Shown here: in pieces, positions 36,363-47,574 of the stretch
Position numbering within the stretch: the first letter of the stretch is position 1
How the letters are laid out: the number at the start of each line of letters is the position of its first letter
Assembly: GCA_040877915.1 (NCBI GenBank)
Contig: JBBDNA010000006.1
Location: forward strand, 26,993 to 90,992
Origin: Dehalococcoidia bacterium
GTDB lineage: Bacteria > Chloroflexota > Dehalococcoidia > SM23-28-2 > RBG-16-64-32
Length of the DNA stretch: 64,000 nt
Direction of reading: 5' to 3'
Position numbers and translations under genes: made by a program
Notes under the pieces: model-generated
Told to the model about the DNA's origin: nothing
Databases searched by the model: none
The model's input: only the letters and a program-made list of their open reading frames with translations

Positions 36363-37086
36363 ACATTTCCCTTTCGGCCTCGTCAGCGCCGGTTACGGCG
36401 ACCCCAATCGTAGCGGCGACGTCGCGGGCGAAGTCGCGCCACTCCTGGGGCTCGGCCCAGCCCTCGTACCCCTGATACGAGGCTATCGCCAGTCGCTCCT
36501 CCTCCGGCGTGACGATCGCCCACAGCGTGAACGTCTCCAGCGGCCCATTGGCCTCGTAGGTCAGCTCGAGGCGGCGCACCTCCGCGAACGATACCGTCCG
36601 CCGCGACTTACCGACCGGGAACCGCGCCTTCGCGATCGTGATCTCGCGCGCCACGTCGTCCAGGGTGACCTCGGCCTTGCCGGAGCGCGTCACCAGCCGG
36701 CCCATCTCGTCGCGCGGAGGCAGGTTGCCGGAGCGCCGGCCCCCCGGCGCTCCCTCCTCGGCCACCTCCACCCCGCTGGCGTCGGCGATGGCCCGCGAGA
36801 GCTTCTCGGCGCAGGCGCGGTCGTTCTCGTTCAGCGTTATGTCGCCCCCGCCCTCGAAGGCCACCACGATGCGCGAGAGGGAGGAGGGCATCATGGCGCC
36901 GGTGGAGGTCTGCATCGGCGCCTGCGACCAGCGGCGCCAGGTCACGGAGCGGACGGCGCGCTCCAGCCGCTCCACCTGCTCCGGCTCGTCCTTCCAGCCC
37001 TTGCGGGCGCGTTGGTGGTAGCGGAGCTCCTTCATCACGGCGTCCCAGATCCAGCCTCCGCACAGAAAGTCGCTATCCTCCGGCAT
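36361..37086 (-). CDS. Hypothetical protein
   Basis: 241 aa with coding periodicity and no recognised motif. Confidence 0.4.
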   Translation of the reverse strand: MPEDSDFLCGGWIWDAVMKELRYHQRARKGWKDEPEQVERLERAVRSVTWRRWSQAPMQTSTGAMMPSSLSRIVVAFEGGGDITLNENDRACAEKLSRAIADASGVEVAEEGAPGGRRSGNLPPRDEMGRLVTRSGKAEVTLDDVAREITIAKARFPVGKSRRTVSFAEVRRLELTYEANGPLETFTLWAIVTPEEERLAIASYQGYEGWAEPQEWRDFARDVAATIGVAVTGADEAEREM

Positions 37087-37193
37087 CTCGGCGCGCAGTA
37101 TAGCAGACCGAGCAGCGTCCCACGCCCTTCGACTACGCTCAGGACGAGCGGGTTAGCGAGCCTCGTTTCGCCCGATGCTACACTGACGCCGAG

Positions 37194-37430
37194 ATGCGCG
37201 ATCGCGGCGGGCACGACCCCTGGTGGCTGGAGACGTTCGAGCTGACGCGGGCGGTGTTCGGCATCCTGTTCTGGCCGCTCGCCGCGATCATCGGCGTGAT
37301 CGTCGTCCTCGGTCTGCTGTTCGTCGCCTTCGAATCGGGAGTGCTGTGGGGGTTGCTGGTCCTGGGCGGGATAGCGGCCACCATCGCCGGGTTCGCCTGG
37401 TGGGAGCGGCGGCAGCCGCCGCGTCTCTAG
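37194..37430 (+). CDS. Small two-TM membrane protein
   Basis: 78 aa with two hydrophobic helices (AVFGILFWPLAAIIGVIVVLGLLFVAF, VLWGLLVLGGIAATIAGFAWW). Confidence 0.4.
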   Translation: MRDRGGHDPWWLETFELTRAVFGILFWPLAAIIGVIVVLGLLFVAFESGVLWGLLVLGGIAATIAGFAWWERRQPPRL

Positions 37431-37747
37431 CCCTCGACGACTTCGAAGGTGCGGCGCAGCCAGGCGCCGTCGGGAAAGGGGGCCGTGGGCAGGGCCCGGT
37501 CCTCGTGCAGGGCCACGGTGGCCGCCGCGCCGCCGCGAACGTAGCGCTGGCAGTCGTCCAGGGACTGCCAGCGTGTGAGCTGCGCCATCGTGCCGTCGTT
37601 CTCAGCGCCCCAGAGGTACTGCACGTCGACGAACCCCGGCTCGCCCTGCAGGACGGCAGTGATCTCCGGCAGGACGCCGTCCAGCCGCGACTGCCACTGG
37701 GTGCGATCGGAAACGCTGGTCTTGCGGGTGACGATGGATATGACCAC
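37427..37747 (-). CDS. Hypothetical protein (possible ABM-like fold)
   Basis: 106 aa. Tail-to-tail with the small membrane protein gene. Confidence 0.35.
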   Translation of the reverse strand: MVISIVTRKTSVSDRTQWQSRLDGVLPEITAVLQGEPGFVDVQYLWGAENDGTMAQLTRWQSLDDCQRYVRGGAAATVALHEDRALPTAPFPDGAWLRRTFEVVEG

Positions 37748-37790
37748 GCGACCCTCCCGGTCGAGAATCGGCGGTATTATACACCGCGAC

Positions 37791-38261
37791 TCAGGGCCAG
37801 CGCTCCGCCACGCGGCGGATGTCCGGCGTGCCCAGCCCCTCCCACACCGCCCAGTGCGCGCGCTCGATGAGCAGCTCGAACAGCACGTGGTCCACGCTGG
37901 TCATGCCGATCTCCCGCGCCGCCGAGGCGGCCAGCATCTGGCTGGCCCAGTCGTTCGACTCCACCGCCCGCCCGATCAGGAGGAACTCCTCGTCGTCCTT
38001 GCCGGGGACGGCGTGGAGGGCGTATCGGCTATCGCGGCGCAGGTTCGGGTACTTCGCGGTGTGCACGGCGACGAACACGAACAGACGGGCAGACGCCCGC
38101 CCGTCCGGGCGCCCGCCAGCGATCAGCGGCGTCACCGGATGCACGCGCGGGGCCCCGTCCCGCGCGACCGTGCCGATGAGGGCGACGCCAATGCCCAGCC
38201 GCCGCGCGCCTCGCTCTGCGATTTCCGGCGCGGCGGCGGCGAACTCGCCCCAGGTGGCCAT
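37791..38261 (-). CDS. Pyridoxamine 5'-phosphate oxidase-family (PNPOx-like, FMN/F420-binding split-barrel) protein
   Basis: Trimmed to internal ATG 38261 (MATWGEFAAAAPEIAERGARRLGIGVALIGTVARDGAPRVHPVTPLI). This is the typical PPOX class pattern. Confidence 0.55.
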   Translation of the reverse strand: MATWGEFAAAAPEIAERGARRLGIGVALIGTVARDGAPRVHPVTPLIAGGRPDGRASARLFVFVAVHTAKYPNLRRDSRYALHAVPGKDDEEFLLIGRAVESNDWASQMLAASAAREIGMTSVDHVLFELLIERAHWAVWEGLGTPDIRRVAERWP

Positions 38262-38263
38262 CG

Positions 38264-38641
38264 CTACGCCTCGCGCGACTCCATGATGCGGGCAGTCGCG
38301 GTGGCGGTGGCGACGACATCGGCGTCCTCCGTGCTCAACGCGCCCTCCAGGAAGGCGACGCTGCGGGTGCGGTGCACGACCCAGCCCTCGCCGACGAGCG
38401 GGCCCGCCTGCGCCGGGCGCAGGAAGCTCACCTTCAGCTCCAGCGTGGGCGCAAGGGCGTCGGCGGGGAGCAAGGTGAACAGGGCCGGGCCCATGGTGTC
38501 GTCCAGCATGGCCGCCAGGAAGCCGCCCTGCACGTTGCCCATGGGGTTGTAGAACTCCTCTCGGGCCGTGAAGCGCACCCGCACGCGGCCCGGCGCCAGG
38601 CTCAGCGCCTGCCAGCCCAGGAGGCTCGCGCACGGCGGCAT
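38264..38641 (-). CDS. Hotdog-fold thioesterase (PaaI-like)
   Basis: Trimmed to ATG 38641. NPMGNVQGGFLAAMLDDTMGPAL matches the PaaI/YbgC hotdog motif. Confidence 0.5.
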   Translation of the reverse strand: MPPCASLLGWQALSLAPGRVRVRFTAREEFYNPMGNVQGGFLAAMLDDTMGPALFTLLPADALAPTLELKVSFLRPAQAGPLVGEGWVVHRTRSVAFLEGALSTEDADVVATATATARIMESREA

Positions 38642-38712
38642 TGGCTCGCTGCCTTTCGACGCGGCGCGCAGGACGTCCAGGCCGCTCTCGCAACCGGCCC
38701 TCGTTGTTCCGT

Positions 38713-39075
38713 TCACGGCTGCGGCCTGTACTCGATTATCTGGCAGTAGTTGCCGTCCGGGTCCGGGAACGTGGAGATGACGCCGCCCCACCACTCCTTG
38801 CCGGCCGTGCGGATGAACTTCACGCCCAGCCCCTCCAGCCGGTCCTGCTCCGCCTTGAGGTCATCGACGAAGAAGTTGACCAGCACACGCTGCGGCTCCT
38901 TGGCCGCGCCCTTGGTCTCGCTGTGGCCGTCGATGACGATGGCTGCGCCGGCGGCCTGGAAGGCGCCGTCACCCATGTCGGGGTTCCTGGGCAGGCCGAC
39001 GACGTCGGCGTAGAACGACTTGAGCCGCTCCGGGTCCTCGCTGGTCAGGTTGACAAGAAAGGTATTGACCTTCAT
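38713..39075 (-). CDS. VOC/glyoxalase-bleomycin-resistance family protein
   Basis: 120 aa with the betaalphabetabetabeta VOC pattern (MKVNTFLVNLTSEDPERLKSFYADVVGL...NYCQIIEY). Confidence 0.7.
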   Translation of the reverse strand: MKVNTFLVNLTSEDPERLKSFYADVVGLPRNPDMGDGAFQAAGAAIVIDGHSETKGAAKEPQRVLVNFFVDDLKAEQDRLEGLGVKFIRTAGKEWWGGVISTFPDPDGNYCQIIEYRPQP

Positions 39076-39262
39076 GTTCGCGCACGTCCTTTCCTACAGG
39101 TGTTGGCCCCAGCTTAGGCGCAGCGTTTGACAACGGCGTGTCAGTAGTCGATCGAAGCGAATGTATCGGAGGCCTTCAGGCCTCCATGCGGGCGACCTGA
39201 AGGTCGCGCCTGCTCCCCCCAACGGCCCCGAATGCGGCGGGAACCGGTGGGCGATTGCGTCG

Positions 39263-40192
39263 CTACCCGTCGGCGTAGCGCCGGGCCAGCGACTCCGCCT
39301 CGACGCGTACACGCTCCACGGCCTGCGGCGGCGACAGCACCCGCGCCGAGGTGCCCCAGCTCAGCACCCAGGGCAGCAGCCGGCGCTCGTCCCAGCGCCT
39401 GAATACGAACACGGAGCCGCCTTCGCCCGGCTCCTCCCGCTCCAGTGCGTAGGACGGCGATTCGCGAGCCCAGGGCACGGCCGCCGCCTCGATCCAGACG
39501 CGCACCTCGGGGCCCCAGCGCTCGTGGTCGTGGCCGTCGAAGCCGACGGTCGCCCGTCGCTCGAACCCTTCGTCCAGCAGCTGCGCCCTCCGGACGCGCC
39601 CGACCCGGAAGTCGCGGACGCCCTCTCGCAGGCGGCAGTGGCCGACGAGGTGCCAGTCGTTCTCGTAATACAGGAGGTAGTGCGGCTCTACCTGCCGCTC
39701 TGTGATCTCGTCGGAGCCGAAGGAGTGGTAACGCAGGTGCAACACCCGCTCCCGCAGGACTGCCTGCTGGAGCACGGGCAGCCAGGGCGAGGGTTCGCGC
39801 TTCTCCCACGAGGACACTCGTATGCGGTCGCGCAGGCGGTCGACGGCCTGCCGCGTCTCCGGGCGCAGGACGGCCTCGACTTTCGCCGCCGCCGAGCGCG
39901 TGGCCTCGCGGTCCGCGGCCGTGCCCATGCCGAGCGCCAGGTCGCTACCCAGCAGCAGCTGCACCGCCTCTTCGGCGGTCAGGGCCACCGGCGGCAGGTG
40001 GTATCCGGGCACCAGGCGGTAGCCCTCGCCAGGCAGCGCCGCCACCGGCACCCCCGCCTGGCAGAGAGCATCGATGTCGCGGTACACCGTCCGCACCGAG
40101 CAGCCGCACTCCTGCGCCAGATCGGCGGCGCGGAGCGGCGTCTCTTCACGGAGGCGCATCAGGATCAGCAGCCGCCTGTCCATCTGTTTCAT
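39263..40192 (-). CDS. WYL-domain transcriptional regulator (HTH + WYL + C-terminal extension; YafY/PafBC-like)
   Basis: Trimmed to ATG 40192. N-terminal HTH_11 (LLILMRLREETPLRAADLAQECGCSVRTVYRDIDAL), a central WYL region (HYLLYYENDWHLVGHC) and a C-terminal WCX-like tail. Divergent from yggS. Confidence 0.7.
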   Translation of the reverse strand: MKQMDRRLLILMRLREETPLRAADLAQECGCSVRTVYRDIDALCQAGVPVAALPGEGYRLVPGYHLPPVALTAEEAVQLLLGSDLALGMGTAADREATRSAAAKVEAVLRPETRQAVDRLRDRIRVSSWEKREPSPWLPVLQQAVLRERVLHLRYHSFGSDEITERQVEPHYLLYYENDWHLVGHCRLREGVRDFRVGRVRRAQLLDEGFERRATVGFDGHDHERWGPEVRVWIEAAAVPWARESPSYALEREEPGEGGSVFVFRRWDERRLLPWVLSWGTSARVLSPPQAVERVRVEAESLARRYADG

Positions 40193-40254
40193 AGCTGGCT
40201 CACGTGTGCCGGGGCCAGGCAATTATACAACCCGCCGTTGCTATACTGGCAGCG

Positions 40255-40944
40255 ATGGCCACGCCGAGTCGCCTGTCCACTATCGCCGAGCGGCTGGATG
40301 CCGTCCGCGAGCGGATAACCGCGGCTTGCCAGCGTTCGGGCCGCTCTCCCAGCGAGGTGACGCTGGTCGCAGTCACGAAGGGCTTTCCGCCGGAGGCCGT
40401 CCGCGAGGCGCACGCGGCCGGTGTGCGCGACTTCGGGGAGAACCGGGTGCAGGAGGCGCAGGGCAAGCTGCCTGCGCTGGAAGGCCTCTCGCCGCGACCG
40501 GTCTGGCACATGATCGGCCACTTGCAGACGAACAAGGCCAAGACCGCCGTAAGCCTGTTTGATATAATTCAGTCCGTGGATTCTCTCCACCTAGCCCAAG
40601 CGATCGCTGAACGGGCGCCCCAATCGGCCAGGGTGCCCGTCTTTCTTGAGGCCAACGTCGCCGGCGAGGCCTCGAAGTACGGTATCTCGCCCGGCGACCT
40701 GCCGCGAGAGGCCGAGGCGATCCGCGCCCTGCCCGGCCTGGACGTTCGCGGCCTGATGACCATAGCGCCACTGGTCGATGACCCTGAGCGCGTGCGACCC
40801 GTGTTCCGCCGCCTGCGCGAGCTGGGCGAATCGCTCGGCCTCGACCAGCTCTCGATGGGGATGACCGACGACTTCGAGGTGGCGATAGAGGAAGGGGCGA
40901 CGCTGGTGCGCGTGGGCCGGGCGATCTTCGGTGAGAGGGTATAG
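40255..40944 (+). CDS. yggS: PLP-homeostasis protein YggS/YlmE (UPF0001)
   Basis: [15 protein letters not shown]...FGENRVQEA...GHLQTNKAK. Start trimmed to ATG 40255, which sits 7 nt after TGCTATACT and so is probably leaderless. Confidence 0.85.
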   Translation: MATPSRLSTIAERLDAVRERITAACQRSGRSPSEVTLVAVTKGFPPEAVREAHAAGVRDFGENRVQEAQGKLPALEGLSPRPVWHMIGHLQTNKAKTAVSLFDIIQSVDSLHLAQAIAERAPQSARVPVFLEANVAGEASKYGISPGDLPREAEAIRALPGLDVRGLMTIAPLVDDPERVRPVFRRLRELGESLGLDQLSMGMTDDFEVAIEEGATLVRVGRAIFGERV

Positions 40945-40945
40945 C

Positions 40946-41740
40946 GTGAAGCTGGCGTTCATCGGCGGCGGCGTCATGGGCGAGGCGATCATCGGCGGTG
41001 TGCTGCGCAACGGCCTCGCCGGCGCGAACGATGTCGCCGTCTGTGAGGTCATCGCCCGCCGCCGCGAGGAGCTGTCGGCCACGCACGGAGTCAGGGCCGT
41101 CGAGAAGCCGGCTGAGGCTCTGGAGGGCGCGGAGGTCGTCGTGCTGGCCGTGAAGCCGCAGGAGTTCGCGACGGCCGCGCGGGACATCTCGCTGAAGTCC
41201 GGCCAGACCGTTATGTCGATAATGGCCGGCGTCACCATCAAGGCGATCCGCGAGGCCCTGAAGCACGAGGCAATCGTGCGGGCCATCCCCAACACCCCAG
41301 CCCAGATCGGCGAGGGGATGACCGTGTGGACCGCCACGGACGCCGTCCCGGAGGCCGCTCGAGAGGCAGTGCAGGCGATCCTGGCCGTCCTGGGCCAGGA
41401 GCTGTACGTGACGGACGAGAAGTACGTGGACATGGCCACCGCGGTCAGCTCCAGCGGGCCGGCCTATGTGTTCCTGGTGATGGAGGCGATGATCGACGCC
41501 GGCGTTCACATCGGCCTGCGACGGGATGTCGCCCAGCGTTTGGTGGTCCAGACGATGCTGGGCTCGGCGAAGTACGCGGAGGCCACCGGCCGGCATCCGG
41601 CGGAGCTGCGCAACCAGGTGACCTCACCGGCCGGCACGACGACCGAAGGCCTGCTGGCCCTGGAGAAGGCGGGGCTGCGCCGCGCCTTCGTCGAGGCCGT
41701 CAGGGCCGCCTACGACAAGGCTCAACGCCTGGGAGGATAG
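40946..41740 (+). CDS. proC: Pyrroline-5-carboxylate reductase
   Basis: [15 protein letters not shown] Rossmann motif and a P5CR C-terminal dimerisation domain. GTG 40946 with GAGAGGG upstream. Confidence 0.85.
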   Translation: MKLAFIGGGVMGEAIIGGVLRNGLAGANDVAVCEVIARRREELSATHGVRAVEKPAEALEGAEVVVLAVKPQEFATAARDISLKSGQTVMSIMAGVTIKAIREALKHEAIVRAIPNTPAQIGEGMTVWTATDAVPEAAREAVQAILAVLGQELYVTDEKYVDMATAVSSSGPAYVFLVMEAMIDAGVHIGLRRDVAQRLVVQTMLGSAKYAEATGRHPAELRNQVTSPAGTTTEGLLALEKAGLRRAFVEAVRAAYDKAQRLGG

Positions 41741-41785
41741 CCGATCGAGGCCGCCGTCCGCTTCATCCAGATCCTGACCATCATA

Positions 41786-41998
41786 TTGATGGTCGCCATC
41801 TTCATCCGCATCATCCTCTCCTGGACAGGGATGGACGCGCGCAACCCGGTTGTGGTCTTCCTGCACGACATCACCGAGCCCATCCTCTCCCCCATCCGCC
41901 AGTTCATGCCGCGGCTGGGCATGCTGGACCTCTCGCCAATGGTGGCCATCATCCTCCTAAACCTCATCCGAATCTTCGCCGGCAGACTGCTGATCTAG
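41786..41998 (+). CDS. yggT: YggT/Ycf19-family small membrane protein
   Basis: 70 aa, two TM, with ILSWTG...[27 protein letters not shown] typical of YGGT. Same frame as proC, immediately after its stop. Start (TTG 41786 vs ATG 41789) is uncertain. Confidence 0.55.
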   Translation: MMVAIFIRIILSWTGMDARNPVVVFLHDITEPILSPIRQFMPRLGMLDLSPMVAIILLNLIRIFAGRLLI

Positions 41999-42035
41999 CT
42001 GGCGTGGGACGTGTCACCGCTGGCTTGCCGGGGCC

Positions 42036-42054
42036 CGAACGGGTGTGCTATCAT
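42036..42054 (+). promoter_or_regulatory. recA promoter -10 (TATCAT) overlapped by a Cheo-type LexA-box-like site CGAACgggtGTGC
   Basis: CGAAC-N4-GTGC matches 12/14 of CGAACRNRYGTTCG. TATCAT at 42049..42054 with TTGCCG 18 nt upstream. Confidence 0.35.
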
Positions 42055-42084
42055 GCCGTCGGCCCCCGGAGACAGGAGGCGAAC

Positions 42085-43140
<1,056 letters not shown>

Positions 43141-43191
43141 CTCCCTTCGCCCAGGAACGCCCCCGACCGTTCGGTAGGTTTGGCTATTTTC

Positions 43192-43221
43192 TTGACACCC
43201 CAATACGGGCCGCCGTATCAT
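43192..43221 (+). promoter_or_regulatory. Putative rny promoter
   Basis: TTGACA 43192..43197, an 18-nt spacer, then TATCAT 43216..43221. About 70-nt leader with a small hairpin. Confidence 0.4.
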
Positions 43222-43292
43222 GGGGCTGCGGTTAGCAATAGCCGCACGATTCAGATTCAAACCTACAACCGAATAAGGGAAGTGAGGATAGG

Positions 43293-44825
43293 ATGCCGGC
43301 CGCCATCATTGCGATCGGCGTCGGCCTTGTAGGCGTTTTCTGTGGTGTACTCTTTGGCGCAATCCTTCAGCAACGTATCACTCAGCGGCGTGTCGCCGCA
43401 TCTGAGCGAACGGCTGCTCGCATCCTTGGCGAGGCCGAGCGACGGCAAAAGGAGCTTCTGCTCGAGGCCAAGGAAGAGTCCCTTCGATTTCGCCAGCAGG
43501 CCGAAGCCGAGCTAAAAGACCGGCGCAGAGACCTACAGCGTCTCGAGCGCCGCATAACTCAGAAAGAAGAAACCCTAGACCGCAAGCTGGAGGGGTTGGA
43601 GCAGCGGAGCCGCAACCTCCAGACCAAGGAGACGCGCCTGGAACAGGCGCGGGCGGAGCTCCAGGAGATAGAGGAGCAGCGCAAGCAGGAGCTTGAGCGC
43701 GTCTCCTCCCTGACCGTGGGAGAGGCCAAAGAGCTTCTCATGGCCCAGGTGGAGCGCGACATGCGCGACGAGATCAACCGCCGCTTCCGCGAGATCGAGC
43801 AGGAGCTCAAGGAAGAGGCGGACGTCAAAGCCCGCAAGCTCATCGCCACGACGATGCAGCGCCTGACCGGCGACGTCGTCTCCGAGACGACAACTTCGGT
43901 CGTCCCTTTGCCCTCGGAGGACATGAAGGGCCGCATCATCGGCCGTGAGGGGCGCAACATCCGCGCCCTGGAGCACGTGACCGGCGTGGACGTCATCATC
44001 GATGACACACCGGACGCCGTCACCCTTTCCGGCTTCGACCCCGTGCGGCGCGAGATAGCCCGCATTACCCTCACCAAGCTGTTGACGGACGGGCGCATCC
44101 ACCCGGCCCGAATCGAGGAAATGGCGGAGAAGGCGCGCAAGGAGGTGGACGTGGCGGTGAAGGAGGCCGGCGAAGAGGCCGCGCTGGAGGCCAGCTGCCC
44201 CGGCCTGCACCCGGAGATCATCCGCACCCTGGGCCGCCTCAAGTTCCGCTACAGCTACGGCCAGAACCAGCTGAACCACGCCGTGGAGACGGCCAACCTG
44301 GCGGCGATGATCGCCCACGAGCTGGGCGCCAACGTAGACATCGCCCGACGGGGCGGGCTGCTTCACGACCTGGGCAAGGCGATAAGCCACGAAGTGGAGG
44401 GGACGCACGCCTCCATTGGCGCCGAGCTGGCCCGCCGCCACAACGTCCACGCCGCCGTGGTCCACTGCATCGAGGCCCACCACGAGGAGGTCGAACCGAC
44501 CTCCGCCGAGGCCGTCATCACGATCGTAGCCGACGCCATCAGCGGCAGCCGCCCCGGCGCCCGCCGCGAGTCACTGGACCAGTACCTCAAGCGGCTGGAA
44601 GCGCTGGAGGGCGTGGCCAACGGTTTCCCGGGGGTCGAGAAGTCGTACGCTATCCAGGCCGGACGGGAAATCCGCATCATCGTCAAGCCGGAAGAGATCG
44701 ACGACCTGGGCGCCAACCGCATGGCCAAGGAGATCAGCAAGAAGATCGAAGAGAACCTGGACTACCCGGGCCAGATCAAGGTGACAGTGATCCGCGAACG
44801 GCGGTCGGTGGAGTACGCGAAGTAG
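43293..44825 (+). CDS. rny: Ribonuclease Y
   Basis: N-terminal TM, coiled coil, a KH domain ([13 protein letters not shown]) and an HD domain (LLHDLGKA...HH). 510 aa. Confidence 0.9.
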   Translation: MPAAIIAIGVGLVGVFCGVLFGAILQQRITQRRVAASERTAARILGEAERRQKELLLEAKEESLRFRQQAEAELKDRRRDLQRLERRITQKEETLDRKLEGLEQRSRNLQTKETRLEQARAELQEIEEQRKQELERVSSLTVGEAKELLMAQVERDMRDEINRRFREIEQELKEEADVKARKLIATTMQRLTGDVVSETTTSVVPLPSEDMKGRIIGREGRNIRALEHVTGVDVIIDDTPDAVTLSGFDPVRREIARITLTKLLTDGRIHPARIEEMAEKARKEVDVAVKEAGEEAALEASCPGLHPEIIRTLGRLKFRYSYGQNQLNHAVETANLAAMIAHELGANVDIARRGGLLHDLGKAISHEVEGTHASIGAELARRHNVHAAVVHCIEAHHEEVEPTSAEAVITIVADAISGSRPGARRESLDQYLKRLEALEGVANGFPGVEKSYAIQAGREIRIIVKPEEIDDLGANRMAKEISKKIEENLDYPGQIKVTVIRERRSVEYAK

Positions 44826-44867
44826 CCTGCTCCGGCCGCCCCGGCCTCACGCCCTGAAAGGCTTGAC

Positions 44868-45638
44868 GTGAACATACTGGTAATCGGCGACGTGGTAGGA
44901 AAGGTGGGCCGTCGTGCCGTGACCTGCCTGCTACCGGAGATCAAGCGCTCCCACCAGCTGGATATCGTGATCGCCAACGGGGAGAACGCCGCCGGCGGCA
45001 AGGGGCTGACCCAGGAATCCGCCGAGGAGATGTTCGACGCCGGCGTGGACATCCTCACCTCCGGCAACCACATCTGGCAGCACCGCGAAGTCTATCCCTA
45101 CCTGGACAGCGACGTCCCGGTCCTGCGCCCGCTCAACTACCCCGAGGGCGCTCCCGGTCGCGGTGTGCTTAGCCACGCCGGCATCAGCGTCATCAACCTG
45201 ATGGGCCGAACGTTCATGCCCGGCGCTCTGGAGTGCCCCTTCCTCGCCGTCGACAAGGCGCTCAAGAGCCTCCGAGACTCCCGCGTGATCATCATCGACA
45301 TTCACGCCGAGGCGACGAGCGAGAAGGCCGCGCTGGCCTGGTACGTGGACGGGAGGGCCAGCGCCGTTATCGGCACCCACACCCACATCCCCACCGCCGA
45401 CACCCGGATCCTGCCCCAGGGGACCGCCCTGGTCACCGACGTGGGCATGGTCGGCCCCCGCGACTCCATCCTGGGGATGCAGACACAGCCGGTGCTGGAC
45501 TCCTTCCTCACCCAGCTCCCCACCCGTTTCCACACGGAGGAGAATGGACCCGTGGTGTTCAACTCCGTCTGCGTCAGCGTGGACCACGAGAGCGGCCGCG
45601 CCACCGCCATCGAGCGCGTGGACCGGGAGCTGGCCTGA
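44868..45638 (+). CDS. ymdB: YmdB-family metallophosphoesterase (2',3'-cNMP phosphodiesterase, TIGR00282)
   Basis: MNILVIGDVVGKVGRRAV...IVIANGENAAGGKGLT...DIHAEATSEK. Follows rny as in Bacillus. Confidence 0.85.
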   Translation: MNILVIGDVVGKVGRRAVTCLLPEIKRSHQLDIVIANGENAAGGKGLTQESAEEMFDAGVDILTSGNHIWQHREVYPYLDSDVPVLRPLNYPEGAPGRGVLSHAGISVINLMGRTFMPGALECPFLAVDKALKSLRDSRVIIIDIHAEATSEKAALAWYVDGRASAVIGTHTHIPTADTRILPQGTALVTDVGMVGPRDSILGMQTQPVLDSFLTQLPTRFHTEENGPVVFNSVCVSVDHESGRATAIERVDRELA

Positions 45639-46489
45639 TGGGCAGCCGCGGCGACTTCCACACGCACAGCACTTTCTCCGACGGCGTTCTCTCCCCCACC
45701 GAACTCGTCGACCTGGCCTACCGCAACGGCGTCCGCGTCATGTCCCTGAGCGACCACGACACGACCGAGGGGCTGCCCGAAGCGTTCAAGGCGGCGTCCC
45801 GCCACCCCGACTTCACCCTCATCCCCGGCATCGAGATGAGCACCGACGTGCCCGGCAGCGAAGTCCACATCCTGGGCCACTTCATCGACTGGCACGATCC
45901 GGACTTCGAACGCAAGCTGGAGCGCCTGCGGGAGTCGCGGCTAAACCGCGCCCGCCGCATGGTCGACAGGCTGGGCGAGCTCGGCAAGCCGGTGGAGTGG
46001 GCGCGCGTGGAATCGTTCTCGGGCGAGGGCGCGGTCGGCCGGCCGCACATCGCCCGCGCCCTGGTCGAGGCCGGCCACGTCGCCGACGTCAACGAGGCGT
46101 TCAGCCTGTACCTCAGCCGCACCGGGCCAGCCTACGTGGAGCGCGACCGTCTCACTCCGGCCGAGGTCGTCGAGATGCTGGCCTCTGTCCACGGCCTGGC
46201 GACGCTCGCGCACCCCCGTGAGCTGGACGATCTCCCGGGGTTGCTGTCGCAGCTCAAGGCGGCCGGCCTCACGGGCATGGAGGTCTACTACCAGGACTAT
46301 CCGCCGGATCAGGTGGAGCACCTTCGCGTGATGGCGGAGAAGTTCGGCCTGATCCCGATGGGCGGCAGCGACTACCACGGGCTGGGCGGTCCGCAGCAAC
46401 GGGAGCCGGGCGACATCCCCTTCCCCGACGAAGCGGTCGAGCGCTTCCTCGCCTTCGCCCGCGAGCGCGGAGTGCTGGAGAAAGTCTAG
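45638..46489 (+). CDS. PHP-domain metal-dependent phosphoesterase (TrpH/YciV-like)
   Basis: Trimmed to ATG 45638 (overlaps the ymdB TGA). HTHSTFSDG...MSLSDHDT...HPGIEMS...HP motifs. Confidence 0.8.
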   Translation: MGSRGDFHTHSTFSDGVLSPTELVDLAYRNGVRVMSLSDHDTTEGLPEAFKAASRHPDFTLIPGIEMSTDVPGSEVHILGHFIDWHDPDFERKLERLRESRLNRARRMVDRLGELGKPVEWARVESFSGEGAVGRPHIARALVEAGHVADVNEAFSLYLSRTGPAYVERDRLTPAEVVEMLASVHGLATLAHPRELDDLPGLLSQLKAAGLTGMEVYYQDYPPDQVEHLRVMAEKFGLIPMGGSDYHGLGGPQQREPGDIPFPDEAVERFLAFARERGVLEKV

Positions 46490-46499
46490 CGCGCCATCC

Positions 46500-46982
46500 A
46501 TGCAGTGCGCCCGCCACCCCAAGGTGGAGACCGAGCTCTCCTGCGGGCGATGCGAGACTCCTATCTGCCCTCGCTGCGCCGTGTTCACCGACGTAGGCGC
46601 GCGCTGCCCTTCCTGCGCCCCCACGCGCCTCCTGCCTCAGTTCGAGGTGGGGCCGCTGCAGGCCATGCGCGGCGGCGCGGCGGCGCTGGCGGTGGGGGCG
46701 GCGCTGGGCGCGGCCTGGGGCTTCATCCTGCCCGGCGAGGTCGGCCTGTACGGGATGTTCATCGCCGCCTTCATCGGCTACGCCATCGCCCAGGCCGTCA
46801 GCTCAGCCACGAACGGGAAGGCCGGCCGGTTGCTGGCCACCCTGGGCGCCACCGGCGTCGTGGTCGCCTACCTTGTCCACAACATCGTCGGCGGCGACGA
46901 GATCTTGCCAACGACGGACCTGTTCGGATATATCGCCGTGGTAATCGGCGGAGCGGTGGTTATCGGCCGCTTGCGCTACTGA
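46500..46982 (+). CDS. Membrane protein with N-terminal B-box/zinc-ribbon (CxxC...CxxC...CxxC)
   Basis: CARHPKVETELSCGRCETPICPRCAVFTDVGARCPSCAP followed by three TM helices. Confidence 0.5.
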   Translation: MQCARHPKVETELSCGRCETPICPRCAVFTDVGARCPSCAPTRLLPQFEVGPLQAMRGGAAALAVGAALGAAWGFILPGEVGLYGMFIAAFIGYAIAQAVSSATNGKAGRLLATLGATGVVVAYLVHNIVGGDEILPTTDLFGYIAVVIGGAVVIGRLRY

Positions 46983-47329
46983 CTAGCGCAGGATGGCGGT
47001 GATGGCCAGCCCGGCCACGATGAACGCCACGATCAGGGCGATGCGCTTCAGTTCGTCGATGACGTACGCGTGATCCCGCGCGATGTGCCGGACCGGGTGC
47101 GCGCCGCCGCGTCCGGCGGCGGGCGCCGGCGCCATGACCGGCGGCGAGAGTGGCGCGGCCGCCGGCTCGGCCTGCGCGTAGGGTGACGCCGGCTCGGCTT
47201 CGCCGGGCCGGTCTCGTGACTTCCGCCGCCTGGTTGGCGGCCGGTAGCGTCTGGGCACAGGTACCCCCGTATCTGAATCGGCTATATCGCATTATACAGA
47301 CTGGCCGCGCCCGCGCCAACGACGGTTCG

Positions 47330-47359
47330 TTGACACGATTTCGGAGGAGCATATAGAAT
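47330..47359 (+). promoter_or_regulatory. Promoter for tRNA-Asp
   Basis: TTGACA 47330..47335, an 18-nt spacer, then TAGAAT 47354..47359, about 45 nt upstream of the tRNA. A CCCTCAG...CTGAGGG hairpin (47368..47393) sits in the leader. Confidence 0.45.
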
Positions 47360-47404
47360 AATATCTGCCCTCAGAGGCTGTTGCCGCTGAGGGTTCGATA
47401 TAGC

Positions 47405-47480
47405 GGCCCCGTGGTGTAGCGGTTAACATGCCAGCTTGTCAAGCTGGAGATCGTCGGTTCGAATCCGATCGGGGTCGCCA
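47405..47480 (+). tRNA. tRNA-Asp (anticodon GTC)
   Basis: Hand-folded cloverleaf: acceptor GGCCCCG/CGGGGTC, D-arm GTGT-AGCGGTTA-ACAT, anticodon stem CCAGC/GCTGG with loop TTGTCAA (GTC), T-arm GTCGG-TTCGAAT-CCGAT, discriminator G, encoded CCA. Confidence 0.85.
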
Positions 47481-47574
47481 GCCGCAAATACGGATCGGCC
47501 CGCCATCCTCCCCTGAAGGCATGCGAGAGAGGGGCGAAGGCGGGCTTTGGTATCAGCCCAGGAGGCGCGAGCAC

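Noticed and set aside
40373-41596. 407-aa minus-strand ORF antisense to yggS/proC
   Set aside because: Pro/Arg/Ala-rich and antisense to two conserved genes.
47428-47574. ORF-track start of msrAB overlapping tRNA-Asp
   Set aside because: It would translate through the tRNA gene. The conserved MsrA N-terminus aligns from about GTG 47575, which has an SD.
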